The notes under the pieces: generated by a model | What the model saw: only the letters and a program-made list of their open reading frames with translations | The model's database searches: none | Told to the model about the DNA's origin: nothing | In this document: positions 30,601 to 38,438 of the stretch, one piece after another | Layout of the letters: every line of letters begins with the position of its first letter | Position numbering within the stretch: the first letter of the stretch is position 1 | Source of the DNA: a virus | Strand: one strand, 5' to 3' | Virus record (IMG/VR): IMGVR_UViG_3300008116_003012 | Location: 32,001 to 96,000 of that record | DNA: 64,000 nt | Program-made: the position numbers and the translations under genes

Positions 30601-31806
30601 GGATTCATCGCTTATCCAGTTTCCAGAAAGTGTAGGATCGTATGCAGCATCTACAAGTTGTTCATCTCCTCTAAATTGAGAAACTAAACTAAATGTTAGG
30701 TCTTGTCCTGGACTTACGCCGCCTAGACTTGTTCCAAGTATTTTAAGATCATCACCTTGAACATATTCATCATCCCCAAAATCAACAAAAGTAATAATAA
30801 TATTATTTTCAGAGTATATAGGATTGTTATTAGTTTTTTCTACTCGTACTGTTGCTCCAGATCCGATGCCAGTAACAGTTGTTACGTTTAATTCTTCATA
30901 GATAAACGGAACAGATAGCCCTGTTCCAGAAATACTAGTAGGATCAACATTGTATACAGTTTGACTAATCTCAGGATCAATGTTAACAACTATGCGAGTG
31001 TTGTTAAAATTAACATCATCAATGGCTTGCTCTCTAGAAGGATATACTGCTAATCTATCATCATCGTAATATCGAAGATAGTAAGTGTCTTCGGTGATTA
31101 GTCCAGTTGCCGGAGTGTTTCCTGTATTTACATAAACAAATGCTGCACCGTTAATTGAAGTATTAAATCCATGTCCAGGTATAACGGCATACCCGTCTTG
31201 ATCCCAATTATCAACTGTTAAAGAATATTCAGATACATCTTCAGGTTCAGAACGAACTCTGATGCGTCCACCTATACCTGTAAAACCTCCTGTTTGCACA
31301 TATCTACGATCAGCATATCCTCTAGTTATTACTAGGTCATCTTCACCTATAGATGTATTGTGTAACGTATTGAATAAGTTTCTAGCTTCTGCACTAGGGT
31401 TTGCAATATTGCCTATAGCAAATTGATTACCATTTAGGTGATTTCCTAAAACTGGTTCGTCGTCATTAACTAATCTTCCGCCGGTTGTAGTAATGACAAT
31501 TTCATTTTCGTCAGCATGATTAACCAGTATTCCTTCTCCGCCTACTAATTTCTTAGCAACTAATGCATCGGCAAATTCACTTGAAACAATAACTTTATCA
31601 GCATCAGAACCGAGGTCTCCTCTTGGTACTCCATTAGGGAATCCGTCCGGTGTATCATCCAAATCTCCGAAAGATATCGTATCGCCTGATCCAAATATTG
31701 CAAAAAGTTGTGTAAAATTATCGTTTACTTTTCGAAAAGATTCACGAATACTATCACCAGTTCCGTCGTTACCCTGTGTACCAATGTCGATAGTTTGTCT
31801 TGCCAT
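24646..31806 (-). CDS. Giant virion structural protein (N-terminal 2386 aa, interrupted by a frameshift)
   Basis: IDIGTQGNDGTGDSIRESFRKVNDNF N-terminus, AATK.YVD fibre motifs, parallel beta-helix-like region (GVYYEQLPI...SIKGDEFRR), GGAG RBS and TAAATA upstream. Confidence 0.8.
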   Translation of the reverse strand: MARQTIDIGTQGNDGTGDSIRESFRKVNDNFTQLFAIFGSGDTISFGDLDDTPDGFPNGVPRGDLGSDADKVIVSSEFADALVAKKLVGGEGILVNHADENEIVITTTGGRLVNDDEPVLGNHLNGNQFAIGNIANPSAEARNLFNTLHNTSIGEDDLVITRGYADRRYVQTGGFTGIGGRIRVRSEPEDVSEYSLTVDNWDQDGYAVIPGHGFNTSINGAAFVYVNTGNTPATGLITEDTYYLRYYDDDRLAVYPSREQAIDDVNFNNTRIVVNIDPEISQTVYNVDPTSISGTGLSVPFIYEELNVTTVTGIGSGATVRVEKTNNNPIYSENNIIITFVDFGDDEYVQGDDLKILGTSLGGVSPGQDLTFSLVSQFRGDEQLVDAAYDPTLSGNWISDESLPRKSTVRRQGDNMEGDLILFDHPGSFSGVGTPFGLDDLQAATKLYVDSSSYVSPNNLFVSTTGSDEQLNIPEERQGRAFSSAYASLSKACEKAEEMIRISETEPGPYRQPLTYGSNAYKAYINSLTSGIGSIRTLNVFTDGQGVDQSINVENRDLREGSIIKGLGSGATGKVINYVGVSGVNDQYIVELLHDTKDIVYFQTGYIDAASKLESNLEFIKNEVVLYIDSKLTTVDYDQVKCARDVGYIVEAVKKDVLYGGNSNVIKAAKAYRRGAASALPTEQLSQTLDGINYIKLLMQQILVNNTISSTTTAGAFGKRGTISQSTAGNEAEEGTLPLITKFFASISDIVANGTAQPGTPLEFIPGEELEYGQPVPEQQVTIRIESGVYYEQLPIRIATNVSIKGDEFRRVIIRPAAGQSLSPWANIYFYRDDEFDGLSRTFLSQTAAASSNELVSTGATGTGSIATLSFAPQASIPFPDGTTITVSGAVPSAYNGTYTVITGTTSSVSFSCEAIDAQTSPGTIKGNVITLSTGTVNKLTVGMYLRVMSGTGRFQNLTRVTRFRDDTSFEIDKVPQTKLVGATIRGLNSSGLAPKDNKFGYHYLSDPTGLSGIFDDTIAKTGGHTVEAGILLAAKTNISNQVVSYINATYPDLDYDSVLCARDVGYIVEALADDITDGGIERSLGAGYSYKRNASSRIAITAQLTETLAGIGRINTLVQPLLSASPTVAAIVADLIAGIQNIIIGVNNPPKENKDMDVFLMNDGTILRNITCQGHGGFMMVLDPEGQIQTKSPYCQTATSLSGSVNEQSFRGGMFIDGFSGNLPAKVLSTTDQYNLTIGGLNVREIQVPNAFYINGERYQINVSTYDPGTATAEVILDDSTPFIDYLGSEITPDATNLTSNANITVGQFTIPMDSTLGLVKGMRLTKVSGTGVLAAGAKIVSVTEDFITLDKAHTTTGSITFDIKGIDIIIETPGNRSMLANDYTQVNDLGYGVICTNNGIAELVSVFTYYNWTSYYALNGSQIRSVAGNSSYGKYGMRAAGRDPNEVPDPVALANDTQQVAKIYRRGSFAAKNVAGEISIYVDNYSFAPQNVSEIEIDTSNTRSGAVVNTPTNPNNVTIVSGGLGYSKEEFIDVVGGTLYPNGKTTRIRVIEIDNDPVKLAPTGPSDGIITRFEIIEVGDYSINPVGGYPTVKGTVTTLSDGGTGTGATFDITYLGDIVRYEVSNVELTTSVGEGVDTGGVLGTRPVLKLNLNADAVTGGISAPLTDGQLVIIRSLQNFKFTGINVIRPTRPSTALEFTDPAEEGTVYRTLAYTRNSPIEGNLLIQKAISTVSRASNTATVTVSEPHGLNPGDSIDEVRCTTDDTFNDVSITIISVPTPNSFTYNNPGDNVLAATPGTGTVSYGDTAILTFDTSYNYAILQSNELKLNDVDYVDGGLKTMGSKVGDTRIAIKTIQSDFTKGRLNSGNLILAHAGKTFRITGYTDESGAESAYVDLEDIAYGSGSVVTGTGLYQSLPTVQSTVLRAGVKAESPAEITVNISTCRATGHDFLDIGTGGYNSSNYPNNVFGSPASPPEPTQEVREETQGRVFYVSTDQDGIFRVGRFFSVDQGTGTVTFAASIALSNLDGIGFKRGTTVKEFSTDVTMTDNAEDTVPTESAVRGYIDRRLGITHNGGVVTDSQRIPAGSGFLDLQGTLPMGGDLNMGGGDPPTPHRIINLALPSSDTDAATKGYVDNLVEQSDTFAELKDVAVISTNKGQLPVFTGAGPAIISSTVGGVLSATVDTTVTALLVGGITVLPVIDSGIIGTTQSSVSGGIVVDDVTGFPNNGFLRIGNEIFSYGAITTVANRFDNVTRAKFETAGAVHSTGATVESLNNSYIDFQIANNSIVNDDISATAGIVQSKLSMQLSATAGAAPTGTAAQKQALSGLASFDSANFEVTDGWVGIKNAGVSLAEIQNINANSFVGNLGTGAAAPAQIASRCQSII
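28594..29884. repeat. 34-bp perfect direct repeat (28594-28627 and 29851-29884)
   Basis: TGCTTCTACAATATAGCCTACATCTCTTGCACAC occurs twice and encodes CARDVGYIVEA in both copies. Confidence 0.85.
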
Positions 31807-31882
31807 GTATTACTCCGTTAGAAGATTTTCATCTCTTTTCAATATTTACCAAATTTTTTTGTAAACTTAATGTAAATAAACG

Positions 31883-32170
31883 ATGTATCTTAAAGAAGAA
31901 ATAGAAACTGTCTCGTATACTAGAAAAAGTAAATTAGGAATAGAACATGCGTATGTTCGATCTAAGAAAATATGTATTTTTCGTTGCGACAATTGCGGAT
32001 TGGTATTCCAAAGAGAACGTGCTAAAATGAGTCCTAAAAGGCTAAGCAACAACTATTTTCATTGTTGTAGTAATTGCGATGCTAAACGCTTTGCTCAAAA
32101 GAAAGGTACTGATAGACGCACTATGTGGGATAAACCTGCAAGTAGTTTAGATGATATAAGTAAATTATGA
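31883..32170 (+). CDS. Small zinc-binding protein
   Basis: CDNC ... HCCSNC; basic; TAAATA ends 4 nt before the ATG. Confidence 0.7.
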   Translation: MYLKEEIETVSYTRKSKLGIEHAYVRSKKICIFRCDNCGLVFQRERAKMSPKRLSNNYFHCCSNCDAKRFAQKKGTDRRTMWDKPASSLDDISKL

Positions 32171-33051
32171 ATAATCTATTTGTTTATGGAGATAGTTTTG
32201 CTTCTCCGTCTGCTATCACAAAAGAAACATGGGTTAATATTTTAGCTGATAGTCTTAATTATCAAGTAGTCAACAATGCTGTTTTAGGAAGTAGCACAGA
32301 GTATTCTTTTTTTAAATTTGTAAAAGATGCTCAAAATGATATTTTTAAAGAAGAAGATATAATTATTTTTGTAATAAGCAGTCCAGGGCGCTTATATTTT
32401 AACTATCAATTATTTGATGATCCGTCAACTGGATCTAGATTTTTAGGTCCTATAAGAAAGACAGATCTTTCAAATTTATGGTATAAAGAAAATAAAGATA
32501 ATATTAAATGGTATGTAAGAAATACAAATCAAGAATTAAATCAAATTAATCATGAATCTTATATTGAAGTTTTAAAGTCTTTTGCTAGAAAAAATCCTAA
32601 ACTAACGTTTTTTGTAATGCATAATCCTGAACCTTTAAATCTTTTTAAACTAGATCAATGCCCTCCTAATTTTTTCATGCCGGATATTTGTTTAGTTGAA
32701 ATATCAAATAGAGAAATTATCGATCAAACTAACTGTGATTTTTCCAGCTGGACTAGATATACAGATATAGATTGTAGATTAAATCATTTAACTAATCCAA
32801 ATCATAAAATTTTAGCTAATTCTATAAAAAATACTATAACCAAAAAAACTATAGATTTTTGGAATTATGATTTATTTCATCAAGGAATAATTAAACAAAT
32901 TACAGATTTAGCAGAATACAAACATTTTGTTGATAAACAGATTTTATTTCAATTTCCGAGAATTGAAAAAAAATTATCTAAAAAAGTTTCAATATTTAGA
33001 CAGTGTATAAATAAAATCACGAAAGGGGAACATTATGTTCACATTTATTAA
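32167..33051 (+). CDS. SGNH-hydrolase-like hypothetical protein
   Basis: VYGDSF, N.A..GSS and a late NH motif; very AT-rich. Confidence 0.55.
   Translation: MNNLFVYGDSFASPSAITKETWVNILADSLNYQVVNNAVLGSSTEYSFFKFVKDAQNDIFKEEDIIIFVISSPGRLYFNYQLFDDPSTGSRFLGPIRKTDLSNLWYKENKDNIKWYVRNTNQELNQINHESYIEVLKSFARKNPKLTFFVMHNPEPLNLFKLDQCPPNFFMPDICLVEISNREIIDQTNCDFSSWTRYTDIDCRLNHLTNPNHKILANSIKNTITKKTIDFWNYDLFHQGIIKQITDLAEYKHFVDKQILFQFPRIEKKLSKKVSIFRQCINKITKGEHYVHIY
33006..33013 (+). promoter_or_regulatory. T4-type late promoter
   Basis: Exact TATAAATA upstream of an AAGGGG RBS and the ATG at 33035. Confidence 0.65.
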
Positions 33052-33346
33052 AAAATTATTTGGTTTCGATCAAGAAACTATTAAGGCAGCTGGAGTACAA
33101 ATTGAACAGGCACCTTACAAAGTACCTGAGCCAGTAGCTCCGACTCCAATCCCACTAGTACCAGAGGCAGTACCAATGGTAGCAGTAGAAAAGCCAGCAC
33201 CTGTTGTTGAAGCTGCTCCCGCAAAGCCAGCTCGTAAACCACGTGCTCCAAAAGCGCCTGTCGCAGAAAAAGCAGCCCCTGTTAAGAAGGCTGCTGCAAT
33301 TAAGGCTGCTCCAAAAGCTAAAACACCTCGTTCAAAGAAGGTTTAA
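33035..33346 (+). CDS. Pro/Ala/Lys-rich basic protein (histone H1-like tail)
   Basis: PAKPARKPRAPKAP...KKAAAIKAAPKAKTPRSKKV. Confidence 0.7.
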   Translation: MFTFIKKLFGFDQETIKAAGVQIEQAPYKVPEPVAPTPIPLVPEAVPMVAVEKPAPVVEAAPAKPARKPRAPKAPVAEKAAPVKKAAAIKAAPKAKTPRSKKV

Positions 33347-34357
33347 TTGTTTAGCCTGCTGATGTAGGCTAAAACTGGCAATATTTTTGCCTTTGCTTTC
33401 ACACATGATATCATGTGTACCCAAAAAGCTCAGTGCCCATTCGTTCACTGCTGTATTCCAGTAGAAGTTTGAATGTGCTCTGAGCTTTTGTTTTTTGTGC
33501 CCAGCTTCTAGCAATGCTGTATAAGCAGGTAGTGTTTTATCGCAATGTCCTGGCAACCATTCTTCACGACTGACTGAATAATGTACTACAGGACGAACGC
33601 CGCGCCAAGAGTCAATTACACGTAGAACTCTATCGTCGGAGGGTTGAATGTAGTCTCCTGTACGGACCCAGTGATGGTGTATATCAAGCACGAGGGCGCA
33701 ATGCTTTTGCAGTTCGAGACTGCTTTCGATTCCCCATGCGTTTTCGTCATTTTCGATGGTAATGCAGTTTCTTGCTTCTGGAGTGAGTCGTGAAAGAGCG
33801 TCGATGATACCGGCTGGACCTCTTCGACCCGAGATGTGGACATTGATTTTAAAGTCCTGAAACGATTTACCAAATCCCATCCATCGGGCCATATCCACAT
33901 GATATTCAAATTCCTCAATAGATCGATTTACAATATCATCTGACTCAGATGCCAACACGCAAAACTGCCCAGGATGCATACTAAGCCGAACACCCATCTT
34001 GCGAGCCAAATCGCCCACGGTTCCAAAGTGCTTTTCTGCATAGGCTCTAACATCGGATAGCCCATAGAAGAACTTCCAGCTAGGCTCAGTGTATACAGGA
34101 AGTATATCGCTGCTGAGTCGTACCATTCTAAGATTTTCATCAAGTGCTCCTACACGTTCTACCAGCTTGCGAACAGCTTCAATGTTACCTTTCATTAGGT
34201 CCCATAGTTTTTCTTCAGCTACGCTCTGGCTCTGTCTATTTAACCAACTGACAGTAGTACTGCCAGTATTATACTGTTTAGCATCATCTTTGGGTTTAAT
34301 ACCGTTAACTTGATCAGGAGTGTCAATCCACTTGCAAGCAAAACCAATACGCTTCAT
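33332..34357 (-). CDS. uvsE: UV damage endonuclease UvsE/UvdE
   Basis: RIGFAC, RLSSD, RLSMHPGQF, NVHISG, IENDE, LDIHH, HYS, AHS, MCESK. Confidence 0.93.
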   Translation of the reverse strand: MKRIGFACKWIDTPDQVNGIKPKDDAKQYNTGSTTVSWLNRQSQSVAEEKLWDLMKGNIEAVRKLVERVGALDENLRMVRLSSDILPVYTEPSWKFFYGLSDVRAYAEKHFGTVGDLARKMGVRLSMHPGQFCVLASESDDIVNRSIEEFEYHVDMARWMGFGKSFQDFKINVHISGRRGPAGIIDALSRLTPEARNCITIENDENAWGIESSLELQKHCALVLDIHHHWVRTGDYIQPSDDRVLRVIDSWRGVRPVVHYSVSREEWLPGHCDKTLPAYTALLEAGHKKQKLRAHSNFYWNTAVNEWALSFLGTHDIMCESKGKNIASFSLHQQAKQLNLL

Positions 34358-34373
34358 AAAAATTAATCAAATA

Positions 34374-34417
34374 AAAAGGACATAATGTATTATAACATCT
34401 ATGTCCTTTTAAGTCAA
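34374..34417 (-). promoter_or_regulatory. Hairpin whose loop is the -10 box of the uvsE promoter
   Basis: TTGACT (34417-34412)-17 nt-TATAAT (34394-34389). Stem AAAAGGACATA(g)ATGT/ACATTATGTCCTTTT encloses exactly TATAAT. Confidence 0.75.
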
Positions 34418-35602
34418 TCAATCTACTAGCCGAACTAGTTTCATTGCAGTAGCAGGACTCAGTGTCCAACCTAGGTGCCCATGTCCTGTATGATAATAGA
34501 CATCGGGTGTGTTAGATGCCTGCACTATGGGCATCATGTTTGGAGTCATAGGCCGTAAGCAAGCCCAACTTGAATAGTCACTAGTATTAATTTTTGGAAA
34601 GTTTTCATGAACCCAATTTAACAAAGGTTCAATTCGATCTCTGCGTATGTCATAATTTTCGCCTGCAAGTTCCGCAGTGCCTGCAACACGGAAACGATTG
34701 CCTAATGTGCTGGTAACAATCTTAGCTTGATCATCTAGTAGACTAACTTTAGGCACATGCCGCATGTCTTCTTCTTGAATATTGATAGTGATACTATATC
34801 CCTTGACTGGGTATATAGGCAAACTATCTCCGAACATACTAGCAATCTTTACGGATCCAACACCTGCGGAAACTACTACAGTGTCAAACTGATCGAATAA
34901 GTCTTGAGAAAAACTGCTGTTTATTTCTAAGTCAAAAATAAACTCTACACCATATTTCTTTTCTAATACGTTTGACAGTTCAATGCAGAATTTGTGTATG
35001 TCTCCAGTCCAATCGCTAGGAGTCCATGCACCGCCTATTACATCTTCTAAGTCTCCAAGTGCGGGATCTAAACTAGTAGCTTGTAATGGACTTAGCATAT
35101 TCCATTCGCAACCGTAGGCATTATACAGTTCTTTTACATCGTGAGCATTCTGTAGGTACTGCGGATCTTTATAGAAGTGCAATATGCCGCAGTAACTTTG
35201 ATCAAACGCAAGACCTTCTTCCTCTATAATTTGTTTGTAGAGTTTTCTAGATTCGATACCTAATCTAATAGTTTCAGCAGTGTTTCTGGCATAGTCACCT
35301 TTAACAGTATTCCAGAGAAAACTAGTCATCCATTTGATCTTGCTAATGCTAGGGGTAGGACGAATCAGTAACGGAGCATCTTTTTGAAACATCCATTTCA
35401 TACCTTTCCAAACATTGCTCCAAGTAGTCCATGTTTCACTGTTGCTGACAGAAACTTGTCCACCGTTGGCAAAGCTAGTACGCATAGCAGGATGACGCTC
35501 TTGTTCAAGTACAGTGACCTTGTGACCTGCCCGTGCTAGATAATAGGCTGCTAATATGCCTGTAATGCCTGCACCAATTACTGCTATTGATCTATTAGTC
35601 AT
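34418..35602 (-). CDS. dadA: FAD-dependent D-amino acid dehydrogenase (DadA-like)
   Basis: GAGITG Rossmann motif, TSFANGGQVS, PIYPVKGYSIT, RVAGTAE, WACLRPMTP, TGHGHLGWT. Confidence 0.88.
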   Translation of the reverse strand: MTNRSIAVIGAGITGILAAYYLARAGHKVTVLEQERHPAMRTSFANGGQVSVSNSETWTTWSNVWKGMKWMFQKDAPLLIRPTPSISKIKWMTSFLWNTVKGDYARNTAETIRLGIESRKLYKQIIEEEGLAFDQSYCGILHFYKDPQYLQNAHDVKELYNAYGCEWNMLSPLQATSLDPALGDLEDVIGGAWTPSDWTGDIHKFCIELSNVLEKKYGVEFIFDLEINSSFSQDLFDQFDTVVVSAGVGSVKIASMFGDSLPIYPVKGYSITINIQEEDMRHVPKVSLLDDQAKIVTSTLGNRFRVAGTAELAGENYDIRRDRIEPLLNWVHENFPKINTSDYSSWACLRPMTPNMMPIVQASNTPDVYYHTGHGHLGWTLSPATAMKLVRLVD

Positions 35603-36253
35603 TTAATACTTTCCGCTAGCCAATACAATTTTACAAATATGCTCTAGTCGTTCGATATGTTCATAGGCACGCCATGGTGAGGTATCAATTGCTACAACAC
35701 CGTGTCCTTTAATACCTACAATATCATAGGCAATGTTGCCGTCTCGATCTAATTGTAATTGTTTGTGACATTGGTCCGCAAGCTCTTGACTTATAGGAGG
35801 TACATCTCCTACGTTAGGTGCTACCCGAGTATATCGATTGAGTTCTGGAAATGCGGCACTTACCGTACTCAAATCAATGCCGGCATGCATAGCCGCAATA
35901 CAGTAAGTAGGATGCACATGTACTACTACACGGACTTCCCCTGTATGCTGTCCCATTTCTTTTTGTAAACCAAAATGTAATGGTAGCTCTCCACTGGGCT
36001 TTAGGTTGGCGCTGATCTCAGTGTAGGGCAATTCTTTAACTGCATGATACAGGCGAGGAGGTTGATCCCAGTATCCTTTCTCGATGCCAATCTTTTTAAA
36101 TTGATCAGGTTGCAGTGTTTGTTTACGCACACCACTAGGTGTAATGTAAAAGTGATCCCTGTCGTGATGGCGAATACTTACATTACCATCACGACTTGTG
36201 ATCCAGTTACGCTTATAAGCGTCAACCATTATATCGCAAATTGTTTCTAACAT
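35603..36253 (-). CDS. Class II aldolase/adducin-family protein
   Basis: DGNVS, ITPSG, KPSGE.PLH, VVHVHP, GHGVV. Confidence 0.9.
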   Translation of the reverse strand: MLETICDIMVDAYKRNWITSRDGNVSIRHHDRDHFYITPSGVRKQTLQPDQFKKIGIEKGYWDQPPRLYHAVKELPYTEISANLKPSGELPLHFGLQKEMGQHTGEVRVVVHVHPTYCIAAMHAGIDLSTVSAAFPELNRYTRVAPNVGDVPPISQELADQCHKQLQLDRDGNIAYDIVGIKGHGVVAIDTSPWRAYEHIERLEHICKIVLASGKY

Positions 36254-36585
36254 TAATGATTTCTCTTCCCGTCAAATACGCAAACAAAGTAAAGATTATT
36301 AGATTTTGATTTGTTATGAACACGATGAAATGCACCGTCTGGAATTAATACAACGTCACCTTCTAAAACATTAAATCGCTTGTCGTCTATTTCTATCTCT
36401 CCTATACCCAATACAAAATAATAAACTTCTTCTTGTCCCGGATGACTATGACCTCTAGTGCTTTGTCCTGCCTTTAAGTCAGTAGAACTTAGCACTAGAT
36501 TGTTTAAAGTTTTATTATCTTTGAGCACATAGGTTTCGTTGTCTTTGACAATTTCCCCTCCTACATTGTATATGCTCAATTTCAT
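36253..36585 (-). CDS. Cupin domain protein
   Basis: GHSHPGQEEVYY...GDVVLIPDGAFHRV. Confidence 0.85.
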   Translation of the reverse strand: MKLSIYNVGGEIVKDNETYVLKDNKTLNNLVLSSTDLKAGQSTRGHSHPGQEEVYYFVLGIGEIEIDDKRFNVLEGDVVLIPDGAFHRVHNKSKSNNLYFVCVFDGKRNH

Positions 36586-36586
36586 A

Positions 36587-37114
36587 TTAGCCCTCGTAGA
36601 TTGCCGAATTACCTGCGTGTTCAAACACTTCCGCTGACTTTAATCTAACACCCGCACCTACTGGATAGCGAGCTTCAAACACACGACCGTCAGGGTGTGT
36701 CCAACCGCGACCTTCTTGATATGCAGTTAGAATTTCGTTCATAGTCTTGTATACTAATTCAGCAAACATTTCGCAGCCTACACCATCTACAATGCGTAGA
36801 TCAATGATACCCATGTTTTTAAATCCGCCTTGGATTTTGTTTAGTTCTACAAATGTGCCACGTTCCGGATCGTCTTTGCCAATTACCAATGTATGGTCAA
36901 ATTGCCATTCACTCCATTCTTTAAATGCTTTTAATCCACCGAAGTCCATAACCCAATTACGATCATCTAGTGTTTCAGATTCAAAGATTAATTTGATACC
37001 AATTGAGTATCCGTGTAGCATAGAGCAATGACTATGTGTGCTTTTCCACTGTCTAAAACAGCATGAGAGTCCTCTATCGTTACCGTATGTTTTTGTTGAA
37101 AGATATTTTGCCAT
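36587..37114 (-). CDS. queD: 6-pyruvoyl-tetrahydropterin synthase / QueD family
   Basis: HC..LHGY, WVMDFGGLK, FDHT, CE.FA, VFEH..NSAIY. Confidence 0.85.
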   Translation of the reverse strand: MAKYLSTKTYGNDRGLSCCFRQWKSTHSHCSMLHGYSIGIKLIFESETLDDRNWVMDFGGLKAFKEWSEWQFDHTLVIGKDDPERGTFVELNKIQGGFKNMGIIDLRIVDGVGCEMFAELVYKTMNEILTAYQEGRGWTHPDGRVFEARYPVGAGVRLKSAEVFEHAGNSAIYEG

Positions 37115-37193
37115 CTCTAGTCTCCTTATGTATGAGCAAGTTTGACGACATGCAGAGTTTATAAAGCGGGATGAATGACGTTAAAGACCGCTA
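37115..37193 (-). ncRNA. Candidate preQ1-I-like riboswitch / cis-regulatory RNA
   Basis: AGCGG-UC-loop-C-CCGCU-UUAUAAA, then a second hairpin GCAUGU/ACUUGC whose loop can pair with loop 1; sits just before the AAGGAG SD of queD. Confidence 0.55.
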
Positions 37194-37204
37194 TGATACT
37201 TATC

Positions 37205-38380
37205 TCAAGCTACCTTGAGCAAGATAATTTCTTCGTTAATGCGTCCGTTCATCTTAGTGTCAGTTGCATTAATTTCGTCTAGAAACTTTCGCAGTGCAAT
37301 TTTGCCAGCCGCTTTAAACTCTTTCAGTTTCTCTTCTGGCTTGCGAAGTGTCTTGCAAATGCTCTTAGTCTCATCAAAGCCTGTAATGGTAGTACCTTTG
37401 ATGCCTAGTGTGTTAAACTCTGAGGCCACATACTTGCCCAACTTACGGCTCTTGGTGTTGTAAATCCAAAGTTCGCCTGCGCCAATAATGTCAACAGGAT
37501 TAACACTAACAAGTTTCAAAGGTTCGTTAGTCTTCATGAACTTGAGTTTAGCAACCAACTTGTCCTTAGGCACTGCCTTGGTCTTACGAGGCGCACGATT
37601 GACTTTGGCTTCTTGCATCAACATTGTGCAGGCAGTTTGAATCTCAGTTAAGAAGATAATAAAATTCTTAATCTGTTTGCGGCTACGATGCTTGTATGCT
37701 TCTTTAAGTTGCTCGTCTGCCGAACCACTGGCCAGTTCTTCAAGTTCTGCCAAATCTCGAGCGTAGAAGTCACGAATGATACGTGCGTGAGCAGCCTTTG
37801 CGCCTTTGCCTTTCAGCAAGTTCAGCATCTTAAATGCTTTAGGATCAAAGTTTTCTGGATCATTCTGAAAGTTTTGATACGCTTCTTCAATCTCTTCTGT
37901 CATCAACATGGCAGCATCACGTACTCGTTCTTGAATAGTGACAACAGGACCTGTAGGCTTTGCTTCTACAACAACACCGCTTTCGTCAATGTCGTCTTTG
38001 CCTTCGTCGATAATTTTAGCAATCTCAGAACCTAACCAAGTGGCAGTGTCGCGACCTTTGTTAAAGTCAGGACGATTACTTTGCATACCACGAAGCAGAC
38101 AAGCGGCAACTGCACCGACTGTCATGCCGCAACGATTATCTTTTGTTTTCTTAAAACTTTGAACAGTCTTTTTGTCGTAACCGTTCTTGTTCATCCACTC
38201 GATGACTTTAACTTTGAGTTCTTTACCGCTAGACTCCATTCGGTAGTATTGCATAGCACCGTGAAAATAACGAAGAAACTTAGTTTCATCCCAAGTTTCG
38301 CAACCTGTCCAATCTGGACTATAGTCACGTTTAGCTTTTTCGCGGATTGCAATAGATGCTTTTTTAAGTTTAGTTGCCAT
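37205..38380 (-). CDS. Hypothetical phage protein
   Basis: 391-aa ORF with an AGGAG RBS behind a consensus promoter. Confidence 0.75.
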   Translation of the reverse strand: MATKLKKASIAIREKAKRDYSPDWTGCETWDETKFLRYFHGAMQYYRMESSGKELKVKVIEWMNKNGYDKKTVQSFKKTKDNRCGMTVGAVAACLLRGMQSNRPDFNKGRDTATWLGSEIAKIIDEGKDDIDESGVVVEAKPTGPVVTIQERVRDAAMLMTEEIEEAYQNFQNDPENFDPKAFKMLNLLKGKGAKAAHARIIRDFYARDLAELEELASGSADEQLKEAYKHRSRKQIKNFIIFLTEIQTACTMLMQEAKVNRAPRKTKAVPKDKLVAKLKFMKTNEPLKLVSVNPVDIIGAGELWIYNTKSRKLGKYVASEFNTLGIKGTTITGFDETKSICKTLRKPEEKLKEFKAAGKIALRKFLDEINATDTKMNGRINEEIILLKVA

Positions 38381-38409
38381 TAGGCGCTCCTGTGTTAAAC
38401 AATACTTAT

Positions 38410-38438
38410 ATTATAACATCAAAATAGTGCTGTGTCAA
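38410..38438 (-). promoter_or_regulatory. Consensus sigma70 promoter
   Basis: TTGACA (38438-38433)-17 nt ending GATGT-TATAAT (38415-38410). Confidence 0.8.
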
